From an uncultured Actinomycetes bacterium (GTDB lineage Bacteria; Actinomycetota; UBA4738; HRBIN12), in assembly GCA_963704885.1 (NCBI GenBank), contig CAVPIB010000008.1, forward strand, positions 47,654-111,653: a stretch of 64,000 nucleotides of DNA, written 5' to 3'. Shown here in pieces: positions 48,347-57,712 of this stretch; positions within the stretch are counted from its first letter, which is position 1, and the number at the start of each line of letters is the position of its first letter. The notes beneath the pieces are model-generated. The model made no database searches. It worked only from the letters and a program-made list of their open reading frames with translations, and was not told the origin of the DNA. The position numbers were made by a program, and so were the translations under genes.

Positions 48347-48616
48347 GTGAGGCCGATGGACGGGCCGAGCACGCCTAGGTGCGTCTTCTGTGCCCGCCCC
48401 ACCTTCGATCCCCCGAAGAAGGGGACGCCGTGGGTGCGAGCGGTGGTGGACGGACGTCAGGTGTTGATCTGCCCCGTGTGTCAGGGCGACCGCCCGGGTT
48501 GGGCCGCAGGCCTGGATCGGTGCGGATCGTGCGGCGAGACGCGCCTGTCGGTCATGCTCGGCGAGGTGGTGTGCCGGGCGTGCGGTCACACGCAACCCGC
48601 GAACGCGGGCGCTTAG
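48347..48616 (+). CDS. Double zinc-ribbon small protein (4 x CxxC)
   Basis: CVFC, CPVC, CGSC, CRAC; start GTG 48347 (after TATCCT) or ATG 48356; stop lies inside tRNA-Val. Confidence 0.75.
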   Translation: MRPMDGPSTPRCVFCARPTFDPPKKGTPWVRAVVDGRQVLICPVCQGDRPGWAAGLDRCGSCGETRLSVMLGEVVCRACGHTQPANAGA

Positions 48617-48679
48617 CTCAGCTGGAAGAGCGTCGCCCTTACAAGGCGAAGGTCGGGGGTTCGAGCCCCTCAGCGCCCA
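48607..48679 (+). tRNA. tRNA-Val (TAC); CCA not encoded
   Basis: GGGCGCT/AGCGCCC stem, anticodon loop CTTACAA, GGTTCGAGCC T-arm. Confidence 0.96.
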
Positions 48680-48698
48680 CAGACAACTGCCCACCGAC

Positions 48699-48721
48699 AT
48701 GAACGAGGCGGGTTCGTTCAT
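48699..48721. terminator. Hairpin between tRNA-Val and the convergent HAF gene
   Basis: ATGAACGA-N7-TCGTTCAT. Confidence 0.35.
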
Positions 48722-49776
48722 CGGATCCTTGGAGTCCAAAGGAACGCGTGAGTCTCGTCCGCCGCGGTCACGGACTTGCCGACGACCAACCCTCGCTCGT
48801 TCATGGCGACCCCCTCGGAGTAGGTTCCCCCGAGGGTACCTAGGTCGGTCATCTTCCCCGTCCACCGATCCCAGAGGAACGCGTGGAACTCCCAAGTGGC
48901 CGTTGGACCCCTACCGACGACCTGCCCCCTGTTGTTGATATCCGCCGCGGTGAAGGCCCCGTCTCCGATGAACCCGAGGTCATGCATGCCGGTCTTCGGA
49001 TCCCACAGGAACCCGCGCGCGCCCTCGGTGGGCGTAGACGAGTTTCCCACTACCTGTCCCCGGTCGTTCATCCCGAAGGGCACTGAGTAGGCACCGCCCA
49101 GGGTCCCGAGGTCGGTCATGCTGGTGGTTCGCGGGTCCCACAGGAAGGCGTGCTGCTCGCCGGCGGTCGTGAACGAGGAGCCCACGATCTGGCCTCTGTT
49201 GTTGATGTCATAGGCGAACGAGTCACCCTGGCCGAGGTTTCCCAGGTCCGTCACCGCGCCACCCCCGGGGCTCCAGAGGATCGCGTGACCCTGCCCCGCT
49301 GCGTCGCTCGCCCCTCCCACGATGTATCCACGCCTGTTGATGCGGCTCGCCGTTGACGATCCGCCCTCCAACGTCCCGAGGTCGGTCATCGCGCGAGTGT
49401 GGGGATCCCACAGGAACGCGTGCCACTCGAACCCGACCGAGGAAGTGCCGACGACCTGCCCCCTATCATTGATCCCCCACGCGACCGACTCGCTACCACC
49501 GAGGGTGCCGAGGTCGGTCATCTCACGGGTGCAGGGGCTCCACAGGAACGCATGGGCCTCGCCGCCGGACGTCCACGAGTAACCCACCACCTGCCCCTTG
49601 TTGTTGATGTCCTTGGCCTCGGAGTAGGCACCTCCGAGGGTCCCCAGATCCCGCATGGCCGGGGACGTTCGGGAACCCGCTTGAACTGGACCACCGATCG
49701 TGACGAACAGACTGCACACCGAGACGAGGGCCAACCAACGAACCACACCTCTGGACATTGCGCTCACGACGACCAC
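48718..49776 (-). CDS. Secreted HAF-repeat protein (7 repeats, probable beta-propeller)
   Basis: Seven [17 protein letters not shown]...HAFLW units; signal peptide; exact start uncertain. Confidence 0.92.
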   Translation of the reverse strand: MVVVSAMSRGVVRWLALVSVCSLFVTIGGPVQAGSRTSPAMRDLGTLGGAYSEAKDINNKGQVVGYSWTSGGEAHAFLWSPCTREMTDLGTLGGSESVAWGINDRGQVVGTSSVGFEWHAFLWDPHTRAMTDLGTLEGGSSTASRINRRGYIVGGASDAAGQGHAILWSPGGGAVTDLGNLGQGDSFAYDINNRGQIVGSSFTTAGEQHAFLWDPRTTSMTDLGTLGGAYSVPFGMNDRGQVVGNSSTPTEGARGFLWDPKTGMHDLGFIGDGAFTAADINNRGQVVGRGPTATWEFHAFLWDRWTGKMTDLGTLGGTYSEGVAMNERGLVVGKSVTAADETHAFLWTPRIR

Positions 49777-49985
49777 CCCTCCTCACTCACACCCTCACGC
49801 TAGTGCTGGAGCAGACGTGAGACTGGAGCCGCCGGACCCGCGTGGGTAGGGACCTATGTCGGGCCGAGTGGAAACGCAGACCTCTTCCATGACCGTGGCT
49901 CTGCCCTCGACCAACTGTGGGCGCGAGAGCGAGAGGTGGGGCGAAGGGCCGCGAGCGACGCCATCGTTCGGTGACCAGTGGGGAT

Positions 49986-50170
49986 TCATGGCAGCGCCGA
50001 CGACCGTGAGCCCGAGCCATCGGCGTTGACGACGTAGGTGCTCTCCGTACGACCGGAATCGAGCGCGAGGCGTCTCCCGTCAGGAGACCACACGAGGTGG
50101 AGGATGTGGAGCGGCATCACATCGTTGCCTTCCAACAGGATGCGTGAATCGCTCCCATCGGCGTTATCAC
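49986..50170 (-). pseudogene. Fragment of a TolB/PD40-repeat protein
   Basis: NADGSD..L...WSPDGRRLAL...YVVNADGSG; upstream, the frame runs straight into the att-like repeat. Confidence 0.55.
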
Positions 50171-50179
50171 CCGCAAGTT

Positions 50180-50201
50180 GTTCGAGCCCCTCAGCGCCCA
50201 C
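50180..50201 (+). repeat. Duplicated 3' end of tRNA-Val (attR-like)
   Basis: 22/22 identity to 48659-48680. Confidence 0.9.
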
Positions 50202-50266
50202 CGCGTCCGTCTTGCCCGGGGGTCGAACGAAGGCGTAGCCTACTCGCCTCAAGCAGAGGGGGTCCG

Positions 50267-51427
50267 ATGGACATCGATCGTGCGATCAGTCGGCGCGAGT
50301 TGATCAAGCGTGGTGGTGTCCTCGCTGGTACGGGCCTCGCTCTCCCGGCGATCCTGGCGGCCTGCGCTCCAGAGCCGACCGAGCCGGCGGCGGAGCCGAC
50401 CGGGGCGACGGCCACCCCGACCCAGAGCATCGAGGGCGCCAGCATCAAGGTCGCGACCTACGGCGGCTTCTTCGAGGAGAACTTCGCGACCATGTACCCG
50501 GCCTTCACCGAGGAGAGCGGTGTCGAGGTGGAGTCCGTCGCCGAGCCGACCTCCGAGGCCTGGGTCATACAGCTGCAGAACTCCGTGGAGGCCGGCACGC
50601 CTCCTCCTGCGGACGTGTCGATGCTCTCCGGCGTAGGGGTCCAGCGCGCGATCAACGGCGACATCTTGGCCACGTACGACCTCTCGGCCATCCCCAACCA
50701 GCAGTACCTGGCCGAGGGATACATCCGCAACACGGAGTCCGGCGGGGTGGCCGGAGTGGGCGCGGTGTCCTGGTACATCACCTTGGTTTCGAACACGGAT
50801 CGGGTGCCCGAGAGCCCGGACTCCTGGACCGCGTTCTGGGATCCGGCGTGGAAAGACGAGTTGGCTCTGCTGAAGAACGCTGCGAACTCGTACCTGATCG
50901 AGATCACAGCCGCCACGTACTTCGGCGGCTACGACATCCTCGAGACACAGGACGGGGTGATCGAGGTCCTCACGAAGCTGCAAGAGGTCAAGCCGAACGT
51001 GAAGCTCTGGTACCGAGACGAAGCGACCGCGCAGCAGGCCTTCAATACGGGCGAGGTATCGCTCGGCCAGTTCTACCACGACATCACCGCGTACGCTGCG
51101 TCGCAGGGTGAGCCGCTGAGGAGCGTCTTCCCTACCGAGGGCGCGATCCTCGATTCCGGGTTCTGGTCCATAGCCAAGAACGCCGAGAACGCAGCCGCGT
51201 GTCAGGCATTCATCGACTACATGTGTAGGCCCGACATCCAGGCCACACTCGCGCGTACGCTTGGCACGACGCCCACCGTCTCCAAGGAGCACATGGACCT
51301 CACCGACGAGGAGTACGAGGGGGTCGGGGGACCCGGGCCTGAGGCGGCGCTCCGTCCGAAGTACGAGATGTACGACGTTTGGGAGGACTGGATCGACCAG
51401 CAGTGGACCGAGATGATCCTGTCCTAG
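50267..51427 (+). CDS. PotD/PotF-like ABC substrate-binding Tat lipoprotein
   Basis: SRRELIK twin-Arg, LAAC lipobox, ATYGG, PDSW..FWDP, FPTEG. Confidence 0.88.
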   Translation: MDIDRAISRRELIKRGGVLAGTGLALPAILAACAPEPTEPAAEPTGATATPTQSIEGASIKVATYGGFFEENFATMYPAFTEESGVEVESVAEPTSEAWVIQLQNSVEAGTPPPADVSMLSGVGVQRAINGDILATYDLSAIPNQQYLAEGYIRNTESGGVAGVGAVSWYITLVSNTDRVPESPDSWTAFWDPAWKDELALLKNAANSYLIEITAATYFGGYDILETQDGVIEVLTKLQEVKPNVKLWYRDEATAQQAFNTGEVSLGQFYHDITAYAASQGEPLRSVFPTEGAILDSGFWSIAKNAENAAACQAFIDYMCRPDIQATLARTLGTTPTVSKEHMDLTDEEYEGVGGPGPEAALRPKYEMYDVWEDWIDQQWTEMILS

Positions 51428-51437
51428 CCTGCGATCC

Positions 51438-52493
51438 ATGCAGAGCAGGGGTGGGCTGAGGCTCGAAGGACTCGTCAAGCGCTTCGGCGACCTCGTCGCC
51501 GTTGCAGGGGTCGATCTCGAGTTGCCTGCCGGCCGACTGATCTCGTTCCTGGGCCCCTCGGGCTGCGGCAAGACGACCTTGCTCCGGATGATCGCCGGGC
51601 TGGAGCAGCCGACCGAAGGACGGGTCCTCGTCGATGACGAGGACATCACCGATCGGCCCCCACACACGCGGGACATCGGGATGGTGTTCCAGACGCTCGC
51701 GCTCTTCCCGCACCTTTCGGTGGCGGGCAACGTCGGGTACGGGATGCGGATCCGCGGCGTCGACAAAGAGAAGATCCATAGCCGCACCGCCGAGCTGTTG
51801 GCGCTCGTGGCGCTGGAGGGTATCGGCGACCGGCGCATCTCTCAGCTCTCGGGAGGTCAGCGCCAGCGAGTGGCAACCGCGCGTGCGCTGGCGCTCGAGC
51901 CGCGCATATTCCTGCTCGACGAACCTCTCTCGGCGTTGGATGCGAACCTGCGGGAGCAGCTCCAAGTGGAGTTGCGGCTGCTCCAGCAGAAGCTGGGGAT
52001 CACGACGATCATGGTGACCCACGACCAGCGTGAGGCTATGACGATGTCCGACCTCGTCGTCGTCATGAACGCCGGGCGGATCGAGCAGGTAGGCCCGCCG
52101 CTCGACGTATATCGCAAGCCCGCGAGCGCCTTCGTGGCCAGCTTCATCGGATCGACCAACCTGCTGCGAGGCGAGCGCGGAGCCGACGGCTCGGTCGTCG
52201 TGGCGGGGCGGGAGTTCCGGGTCACGGGTGAGGTTCCTCCGGAAGGTGCGGTGGTTTCGGTCAGACCGGAGCATGCACACATCGAGGTTGGCGAGTTGCC
52301 GGATCGCAACGCTCTGGCGGGAACGGTGGTGTTCGTCCGAGACCTGGGCGAGCTCTTCGAGTGCTACATCGACTGCGGGGTCGGCGAGAACGTGATCGTG
52401 GCGGGGTCGCCTCGAGATCGCATCGAGGTGGAGCAGGGACAACGTGTCGCCGTGTCGTTCCCGCCGGAGTCCTGCGTCGTGGTTGCGCCATAG
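51438..52493 (+). CDS. PotA-like ABC ATPase
   Basis: GPSGCGKT, LSGGQRQR, LLDEP, VTHDQ. Confidence 0.95.
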   Translation: MQSRGGLRLEGLVKRFGDLVAVAGVDLELPAGRLISFLGPSGCGKTTLLRMIAGLEQPTEGRVLVDDEDITDRPPHTRDIGMVFQTLALFPHLSVAGNVGYGMRIRGVDKEKIHSRTAELLALVALEGIGDRRISQLSGGQRQRVATARALALEPRIFLLDEPLSALDANLREQLQVELRLLQQKLGITTIMVTHDQREAMTMSDLVVVMNAGRIEQVGPPLDVYRKPASAFVASFIGSTNLLRGERGADGSVVVAGREFRVTGEVPPEGAVVSVRPEHAHIEVGELPDRNALAGTVVFVRDLGELFECYIDCGVGENVIVAGSPRDRIEVEQGQRVAVSFPPESCVVVAP

Positions 52494-52501
52494 GTGTCTG
52501 G

Positions 52502-53359
52502 ATGAGCGAGCGGCGGACCCCGACCAAGGGCACCTACCTGGTGTTGGCGTTCCCAGTCTTCATGCTCGTCGTGTTCTTCCTCGCTCCGTTCGCGATCATG
52601 ATCGCCTATTCCTTCTATCGTCGGATCGGCGGCGGCTTCTACGAACCCGCGTTCGAGTTCTCGAGCTGGAGGCGGCTGCTCCAGCCGGTGTTCCTGGAGC
52701 GTGCGGCCTTCTCGATAGGGATCTCGATGCTCGCCGGAGCCGTCTGCATCGCGGTCGCGTTCCCCTTCACTTTCTTCCTCACCCGCATGCGTCGACGTCC
52801 CCACGTAGCGTTACTGGTGCTGGTGCTCTCGGCGCTCAGCCTCTCCGAGGTTATCGTGGGGTTCACCTGGAGCGTGATGCTCGGTCGAGCTTCCGGCGTG
52901 TCGAACATCCTGGTTTGGCTGGGACTGATGGACGAGCCGCGGGCCTACCAACCGGGATTCCTCGCCGTGCTACTCGGTCTGTGCTACATCGCGTTCCCCT
53001 ACTGCGTCCTGACGATCTACCCGAGCCTGTCTCGACTCGATCGCGAGGTCACCGAGGCCGCGCAGACGCTGGGGGCCTCTCCGTGGCGAACGTTCTGGAC
53101 CGTCGTGGTGCCGATCTCTCGTCCGGTCATCCTTGCGGGCTTCCTGCTCGTGTTCGTCTTCACGCTCGGGAGCTATCTGATCGCCTCGATCCTGGGGCGG
53201 CCACAGCATTGGACGCTGTCGGTGTTCATCTCGGATCAGGCGTCGTTCAACGCCAACGTCCCCTTCGCTGCGGCGATGGCGCTGTTCCTCACGGTGCTCT
53301 CTTTGGTCGTGGTCGGGATCGTCGTGCTGATCGAGGGCAGGACGCGGAGGGCGGCCTGA
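52502..53359 (+). CDS. PotB-like ABC permease
   Basis: TMs; EAAQTLGA motif; ATG 52502. Confidence 0.92.
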   Translation: MSERRTPTKGTYLVLAFPVFMLVVFFLAPFAIMIAYSFYRRIGGGFYEPAFEFSSWRRLLQPVFLERAAFSIGISMLAGAVCIAVAFPFTFFLTRMRRRPHVALLVLVLSALSLSEVIVGFTWSVMLGRASGVSNILVWLGLMDEPRAYQPGFLAVLLGLCYIAFPYCVLTIYPSLSRLDREVTEAAQTLGASPWRTFWTVVVPISRPVILAGFLLVFVFTLGSYLIASILGRPQHWTLSVFISDQASFNANVPFAAAMALFLTVLSLVVVGIVVLIEGRTRRAA

Positions 53360-54165
53360 TGCGTGCCGCTCGATGGATCCTCACTTTCGGCGTCGTGGTG
53401 TTCCTGGTCGGTCCGCTACTGGTGGTGGCCATGGTCTCCTTCAACCAGAACCGCTACATGGACTTCCCACCGGAGGGCTTGTCGCTGGATTGGTACGCGG
53501 AGTTGTTGAACAACGTGGGGTGGCGCAACGCGATCGTCCGGAGCCTGTTCATCGCCTCGTTGAGCGCCGCACTCGCGGTCGCCGTGGCCACTCCGCTGGC
53601 ATACGTGCTCCGCGCCTACAAGATCCGGTTGTCGCCGCTCCTCTACTCGCTTGGGATCCTGCCGTTCATGTTGCCGCCCGTGATCATCGCGATCGGCGCC
53701 CAGGTGTTCTGGCTATCCACCGGGCATTTCTCACGGATAGAGAACGTGGTCATCGCCCACGGGATCTTCTTCTCGACCCTGCCGCTGGTCACGATCTCCG
53801 TCGCGATGGAGCAGATCGACGCGTCTCTCTCGGAGGCGGCGCAGACGCTCGGCGCCAACCCCCGCGTGACCTTCCGTACGATCGTTCTGCCACTGCTCGT
53901 GCCGTCGATCGTCATGGGGTACGGGGCGGTGTTCGTTCTCAGTCTGAACGAGTACATCGTGGCGTTCCTGGTCGCGGGGTTCTCCGTCGAGACGCTGCCG
54001 ATCAAGATCTTCAACAGCCTTCGGTACGGGTTCACTCCGACGATAGCCTCGGTCGCTGTCGTGTTCATCCTCATCGCGGCGACCGTCTTCACGCTCTTCG
54101 CGATCTTCGGAAGCTTGCTGCGGTTCCTGGGCGCGGATCCCGCCATCTTGGACCGCGATAGCTAG
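53359..54165 (+). CDS. PotC-like ABC permease
   Basis: SFN..FPP.GLSL.WY, EAAQTLGA, TLP; TGATG overlap. Confidence 0.92.
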   Translation: MRAARWILTFGVVVFLVGPLLVVAMVSFNQNRYMDFPPEGLSLDWYAELLNNVGWRNAIVRSLFIASLSAALAVAVATPLAYVLRAYKIRLSPLLYSLGILPFMLPPVIIAIGAQVFWLSTGHFSRIENVVIAHGIFFSTLPLVTISVAMEQIDASLSEAAQTLGANPRVTFRTIVLPLLVPSIVMGYGAVFVLSLNEYIVAFLVAGFSVETLPIKIFNSLRYGFTPTIASVAVVFILIAATVFTLFAIFGSLLRFLGADPAILDRDS

Positions 54166-55151
54166 TTGTCCGCGGCACCCTGGGATTCGATCCACTCGAC
54201 CTGACGTTGCGGACGCTCGTCCACCGTGAGGCGGAAGATATCGGGACGGTTGTAGTGACCCGCCGAGTCCAAAGCCTGTTGCTCCTCGGCGATCCTGGCC
54301 AGATCGATCTCGGCGTAGACGATCGTCTCGCGCCCCGCGACCGGCTCGGCGACCCAAGCGCCATCGGGGCCGACCACGCCTGACCCTCCCTCGAGCACGA
54401 GCGAGGGGTCGGCATTGGTCTTCGCGACTTCGACTAGCGCGTCCTTGACCTCCAGGTCATCGGGGATCGCCTCCAAGGGGAGGTAGAGGCCGGCGCAAGC
54501 CACGTAGCAGCGACCTTCGAACGCGTACGCGCGGCTCGCGACATGATGCATCTCGGGAAGATCGGGCCAGACGGCAGCGTGAACCTGCTCGCCCTTGGCG
54601 TGCATAGCGAATCGGGCGAGTGGCATCCAGTGCTCCCAGCAGATCAGCCCGCCGATCCGGCCGATCGACGATTCGAACACGTGCAGGTTGCTGCCGTCGC
54701 CCCGACCCCAGATCACGCGCTCGGAGTGGGTGGGGACCAACTTGCGGTGGACGCCCAGGATGTCGCCGGCATCGTCGAGGAACAGCAACGAGTTGAACAA
54801 CGTGCCCTTGGAGAACTCCGTGTCGCGCTCGGTCATCCCCATGACGACGTGGGTCCGGTGCTTGCGGGCGGCGGTGGCGAGGGCGGCGGTGGCAGATCCT
54901 GGAACCTCGACCGCGTTCGCGTGGAGCCGAGCGAACGCGCGCTTGGCCGCCGCGTCCTCCCATGCGACTCCCGCGTCGATCCACGAGGGATACCCGGGCA
55001 GCCATGTCTCGGGGAAGACCACGAGCCGGGCGCCCGCACCCGCGGCCTCGCGGATCGCGTTCGCGGCCAGGGTGACCGAGGCATCCAGATCGAGGAAGGC
55101 CGGAGAGGTCTGCACGACGGCGATGCTGTAGCGCTGATCGGGTCCCATCAC
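54162..55151 (-). CDS. Nitrilase (carbon-nitrogen hydrolase, branch-1-like)
   Basis: FPETWLPGYP, HRKLVPT, ICWEH catalytic E-K-C, DSAGHYNRPD. Confidence 0.92.
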   Translation of the reverse strand: MMGPDQRYSIAVVQTSPAFLDLDASVTLAANAIREAAGAGARLVVFPETWLPGYPSWIDAGVAWEDAAAKRAFARLHANAVEVPGSATAALATAARKHRTHVVMGMTERDTEFSKGTLFNSLLFLDDAGDILGVHRKLVPTHSERVIWGRGDGSNLHVFESSIGRIGGLICWEHWMPLARFAMHAKGEQVHAAVWPDLPEMHHVASRAYAFEGRCYVACAGLYLPLEAIPDDLEVKDALVEVAKTNADPSLVLEGGSGVVGPDGAWVAEPVAGRETIVYAEIDLARIAEEQQALDSAGHYNRPDIFRLTVDERPQRQVEWIESQGAADN

Positions 55152-56133
55152 CTACGCCTCCGGACGTCGCGCGAAGAGCCCTAGGAGTTCGAACGCCACA
55201 TGGGAGGCGGCCATCGATGTGATCTCGGCATGGTCGTAGGCGGGTGCGACCTCCACGATGTCGGCCCCAACGATGTTCGCTCCGGCCAGACCGCGGAGCA
55301 GCCCCAGCAGCTCGCGGCTCGTGAGACCCCCTGCTTCGGGGGTGCCAGTGCCCGGCGCGTGGGAAGGGTCGAGGACGTCGATGTCGATCGAGACGTAGAC
55401 CGGCGCGTCGCCGAGCCGCTCGCGGATCCGGTCGACGCCTCCGCGGACGCCCAGCTCCTCCAGGTCCATCGCTCCGATGATCGCGAAGCCGAACCCTTCG
55501 TCGTCAACGAGGTCGTCCCGCGTGAACAGCGGGCCGCGCGTCCCAACGTGAAGAGCTCGATCGGGGAGCAGCAGGTCTCTCCTCCCACGCCCGGCGGAAG
55601 GGCGTTCCGTGCGTGTAGGCGGCACCGAAGTATGTGTCCCAGGTGTCCAGGTGGGCGTCGAAGTGGAGCAGGGCCACCGGGCCGTGCACCCGATGGACGG
55701 CGCGCAGCAGCGGAAGAGCGATCGTGTGGTCGCCTCCGATCGAGAGCAGATGACGTGCACCCGAAAGCGCTTCGTCCGCGGCCTCCTGGATCTGGGTGAT
55801 CGCCTCGGCGATGTCGAACGGGTTGCAGGCGATGTCGCCGGCGTCGGCGACCTGCTGGTCGGCGAACGGCATCACGTCCAGAGCTGAGTGGTAGCCGCGG
55901 AGGAGCCGGGTCGCGTTCCGTACGGCGTGGGGGCCGAAGCGCGCGCCGGGTCGATATGTCACACCGCTGTCGAAGGGCACCCCCACGATCGCGACGTCGC
56001 ACCGATCGACCTCATCGCGCCGAGGAAGACGAGCGAACGTGGGTGGGCCCGCGAAGCGCGGAACGATCCGAGGGTCGAGCGGACCTACGGCTTCAGCCGA
56101 GGAACCGTCTCCGAGGTCGCGTGGGTCCGCCAC
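55152..56133 (-). pseudogene. speB: Agmatinase with a +1 frameshift near 55578 (pseudogene or assembly indel)
   Basis: N-half GARFGP, GGDHT, DAHLD, HGTPF (frame of 55504..56208); C-half DIDVLDP, APGTGTP, VEVAP.YD (frame of 55152..55760). Confidence 0.85.
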
Positions 56134-56266
56134 GACGACAGATGCTAGCGGGAACGGCGCGTCCGCTGCTCGACGTCCGACCGTTGGGTCATCCAGGGCG
56201 ACCCTCAACCCGCCACGACGGCCGCTCTGGACTGATCGGCCGATCGGAGGCTAAGATACCTGTCAA

Positions 56267-56473
56267 ATGCCGCGGAACTTCCCCCTCCGGCGCCTTCGCC
56301 AACGCATCCGCGCGTTGCGCTATCGAGAACGCTACCGCTGGCATCTTTCGACCTTCCCTTCCCGCCGCCTTCGCCAACGCATCCGCGCGTGGCGCTCCCA
56401 CCGGGCGTTGCTCTCCAACGACCTTCGCGTCAACGATGAGGCACGCCGTCCTCATCTAGACGCAGATCGCTGA
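56267..56473 (+). CDS. Arg-rich 68-aa peptide with internal repeat (putative)
   Basis: FPLRRLRQRIRALR / FPSRRLRQRIRAWR; TAAGAT 9 nt upstream. Confidence 0.4.
   Translation: MPRNFPLRRLRQRIRALRYRERYRWHLSTFPSRRLRQRIRAWRSHRALLSNDLRVNDEARRPHLDADR
56279..56395 (+). repeat. Two 42-nt imperfect direct repeats, period 75 nt
   Basis: Core CGCCTTCGCCAACGCATCCGCGCGT identical at 56291-56315 and 56366-56390. Confidence 0.9.
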
Positions 56474-56484
56474 TCTGCGTCTAG
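56456..56484. repeat. Perfect 13-bp inverted repeat (hairpin, terminator or operator)
   Basis: CTAGACGCAGATC-GCT-GATCTGCGTCTAG. Confidence 0.8.
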
Positions 56485-56555
56485 GGCAGTGTGTGGCTGG
56501 ATCACGGCACTGCCCTTCTGGGGTCGGACCGGCCAGGTGTAGGTTCACGGGATGA

Positions 56556-56714
56556 AACTGCTCGTATCCGTTCGGCGCGGGCAACAAGCCGGACTCCCAG
56601 GTCCGACTGAACGGGTTGGGTGTCGTGGAGTTCACGCTTTCTGCGACCGGGTGGTCCGAACGCTTCCTTCGGACGAGTGGGGCGGTCGTCGATCAAGCGT
56701 CCGGGGCGTGCTGA
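56556..56714 (+). pseudogene. Probable C-terminal relic of a calcineurin-like metallophosphoesterase
   Basis: Start-less frame SYPFGAGNKPDSQVRLNGLGVVEFTLSATGWSERFLRTSGAVVDQASGAC*. Confidence 0.45.
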
Positions 56715-56752
56715 TCCGCACGTTCCAGGGTCGACCGTAGGCTGCGCGGGTC

Positions 56753-57544
56753 GTGGCCTCCTCGCTCAGTTCCTTACTCCTCGCCCTCCTGGCGGTTGCC
56801 TGCTCATCCGCATCGCATCCAAACGATCCGTCGACCGTTTCCGGAGCCGGGAACGACGCGTCATCCGCCCATGAACTCCGATGTCCGCCCGCCATCGGTG
56901 CTTGCCTCGAATGGGATGACTTCGATCGAGCAGTTGGGTCGATCTCGGTCGACCCGTCCGGCCGGCCATGGAACACCTTCGGGTTGTCCTGTCCCGGCTG
57001 CCAGCCGGTATTCAGCACCGACGGTTCGCGGGCGACCATGGCCCCCGGGTCGGACAACAACTTCATCTGGCTGGCCGCGGTCGACACGGATCGCGCTTGG
57101 GGGATCGCGATCTCGGCGGACATCACGCTGTCGCCGACGCCATTCCGGGCGAACGTGGGGCTCATCGGATTGTTCGAAGATCGGATGAACCATCTCACCT
57201 GCAAACTCGAGGTGAGTGAGGGACATCCCGAGGGACTTCTCGCGATCGGGGAGGAGCGCAACGGCGAGACGACGTCGCTCCTCGCCGAACGAGACGGAGT
57301 CGGGCTGAAGAACGGGAGGACCTATCACCTGACGCTCACCATCCCGAGGTTTCCGATCGGCAAGCCGGTCCGCTGCGATGTGTCGGGCGGCGGGATCGAG
57401 CCGGTCGCGCTCTCGCTGCGACTCACGGCTGCGAGGCTGGCCGCCTACGGCGAGGGCACAGGGCAGGGTCTCCGCATCAAGATCTTCGACGACGAAGACG
57501 ACGGCCGGTCATCCTGGGACAACTTCTTGGTCCGACCGATCTGA
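56753..57544 (+). CDS. Hypothetical beta-rich lipoprotein
   Basis: Lipobox AVAC; WDDFDR...SWDNF.V ends suggest a ConA-like jelly roll. Confidence 0.65.
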   Translation: MASSLSSLLLALLAVACSSASHPNDPSTVSGAGNDASSAHELRCPPAIGACLEWDDFDRAVGSISVDPSGRPWNTFGLSCPGCQPVFSTDGSRATMAPGSDNNFIWLAAVDTDRAWGIAISADITLSPTPFRANVGLIGLFEDRMNHLTCKLEVSEGHPEGLLAIGEERNGETTSLLAERDGVGLKNGRTYHLTLTIPRFPIGKPVRCDVSGGGIEPVALSLRLTAARLAAYGEGTGQGLRIKIFDDEDDGRSSWDNFLVRPI

Positions 57545-57712
57545 TCCGACCGATCTGAACCGAGTCGCGATCGAGGCACGCAGCCACATCCGTCATCCGC
57601 CCGCCACATCTCGGGTGCTTCCTTTCGCCGTGCTCACTCTCATTGTTGCCGCGGTGGTCTCAGCCCTCTACGGTGTAGGCGTCGCAGCCACTCCTCAACG
57701 AAGCGCGGGGAG

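Larger units (their letters stand above)
48659..50201. mobile_element. Integrase-less islet/relic at tRNA-Val, bounded by 22-bp direct repeats
   Basis: GTTCGAGCCCCTCAGCGCCCAC at 48659-48680 and 50180-50201, enclosing 1499 bp. Confidence 0.7.

Noticed and set aside
48718-49660. DNA repeats suggesting a diversity-generating or array element
   Set aside because: Explained by the seven protein-level HAF repeats; no reverse transcriptase or template repeat.
49847-49864. DosR/DevR-like box TAGGGACCTATGTCGG upstream of the HAF gene
   Set aside because: Right half-site is degenerate, single copy, and there is no cognate regulator in the window.
56279-56395. Possible mini-CRISPR array
   Set aside because: Only two imperfect copies, codon-multiple period with synonymous changes, and no cas genes.
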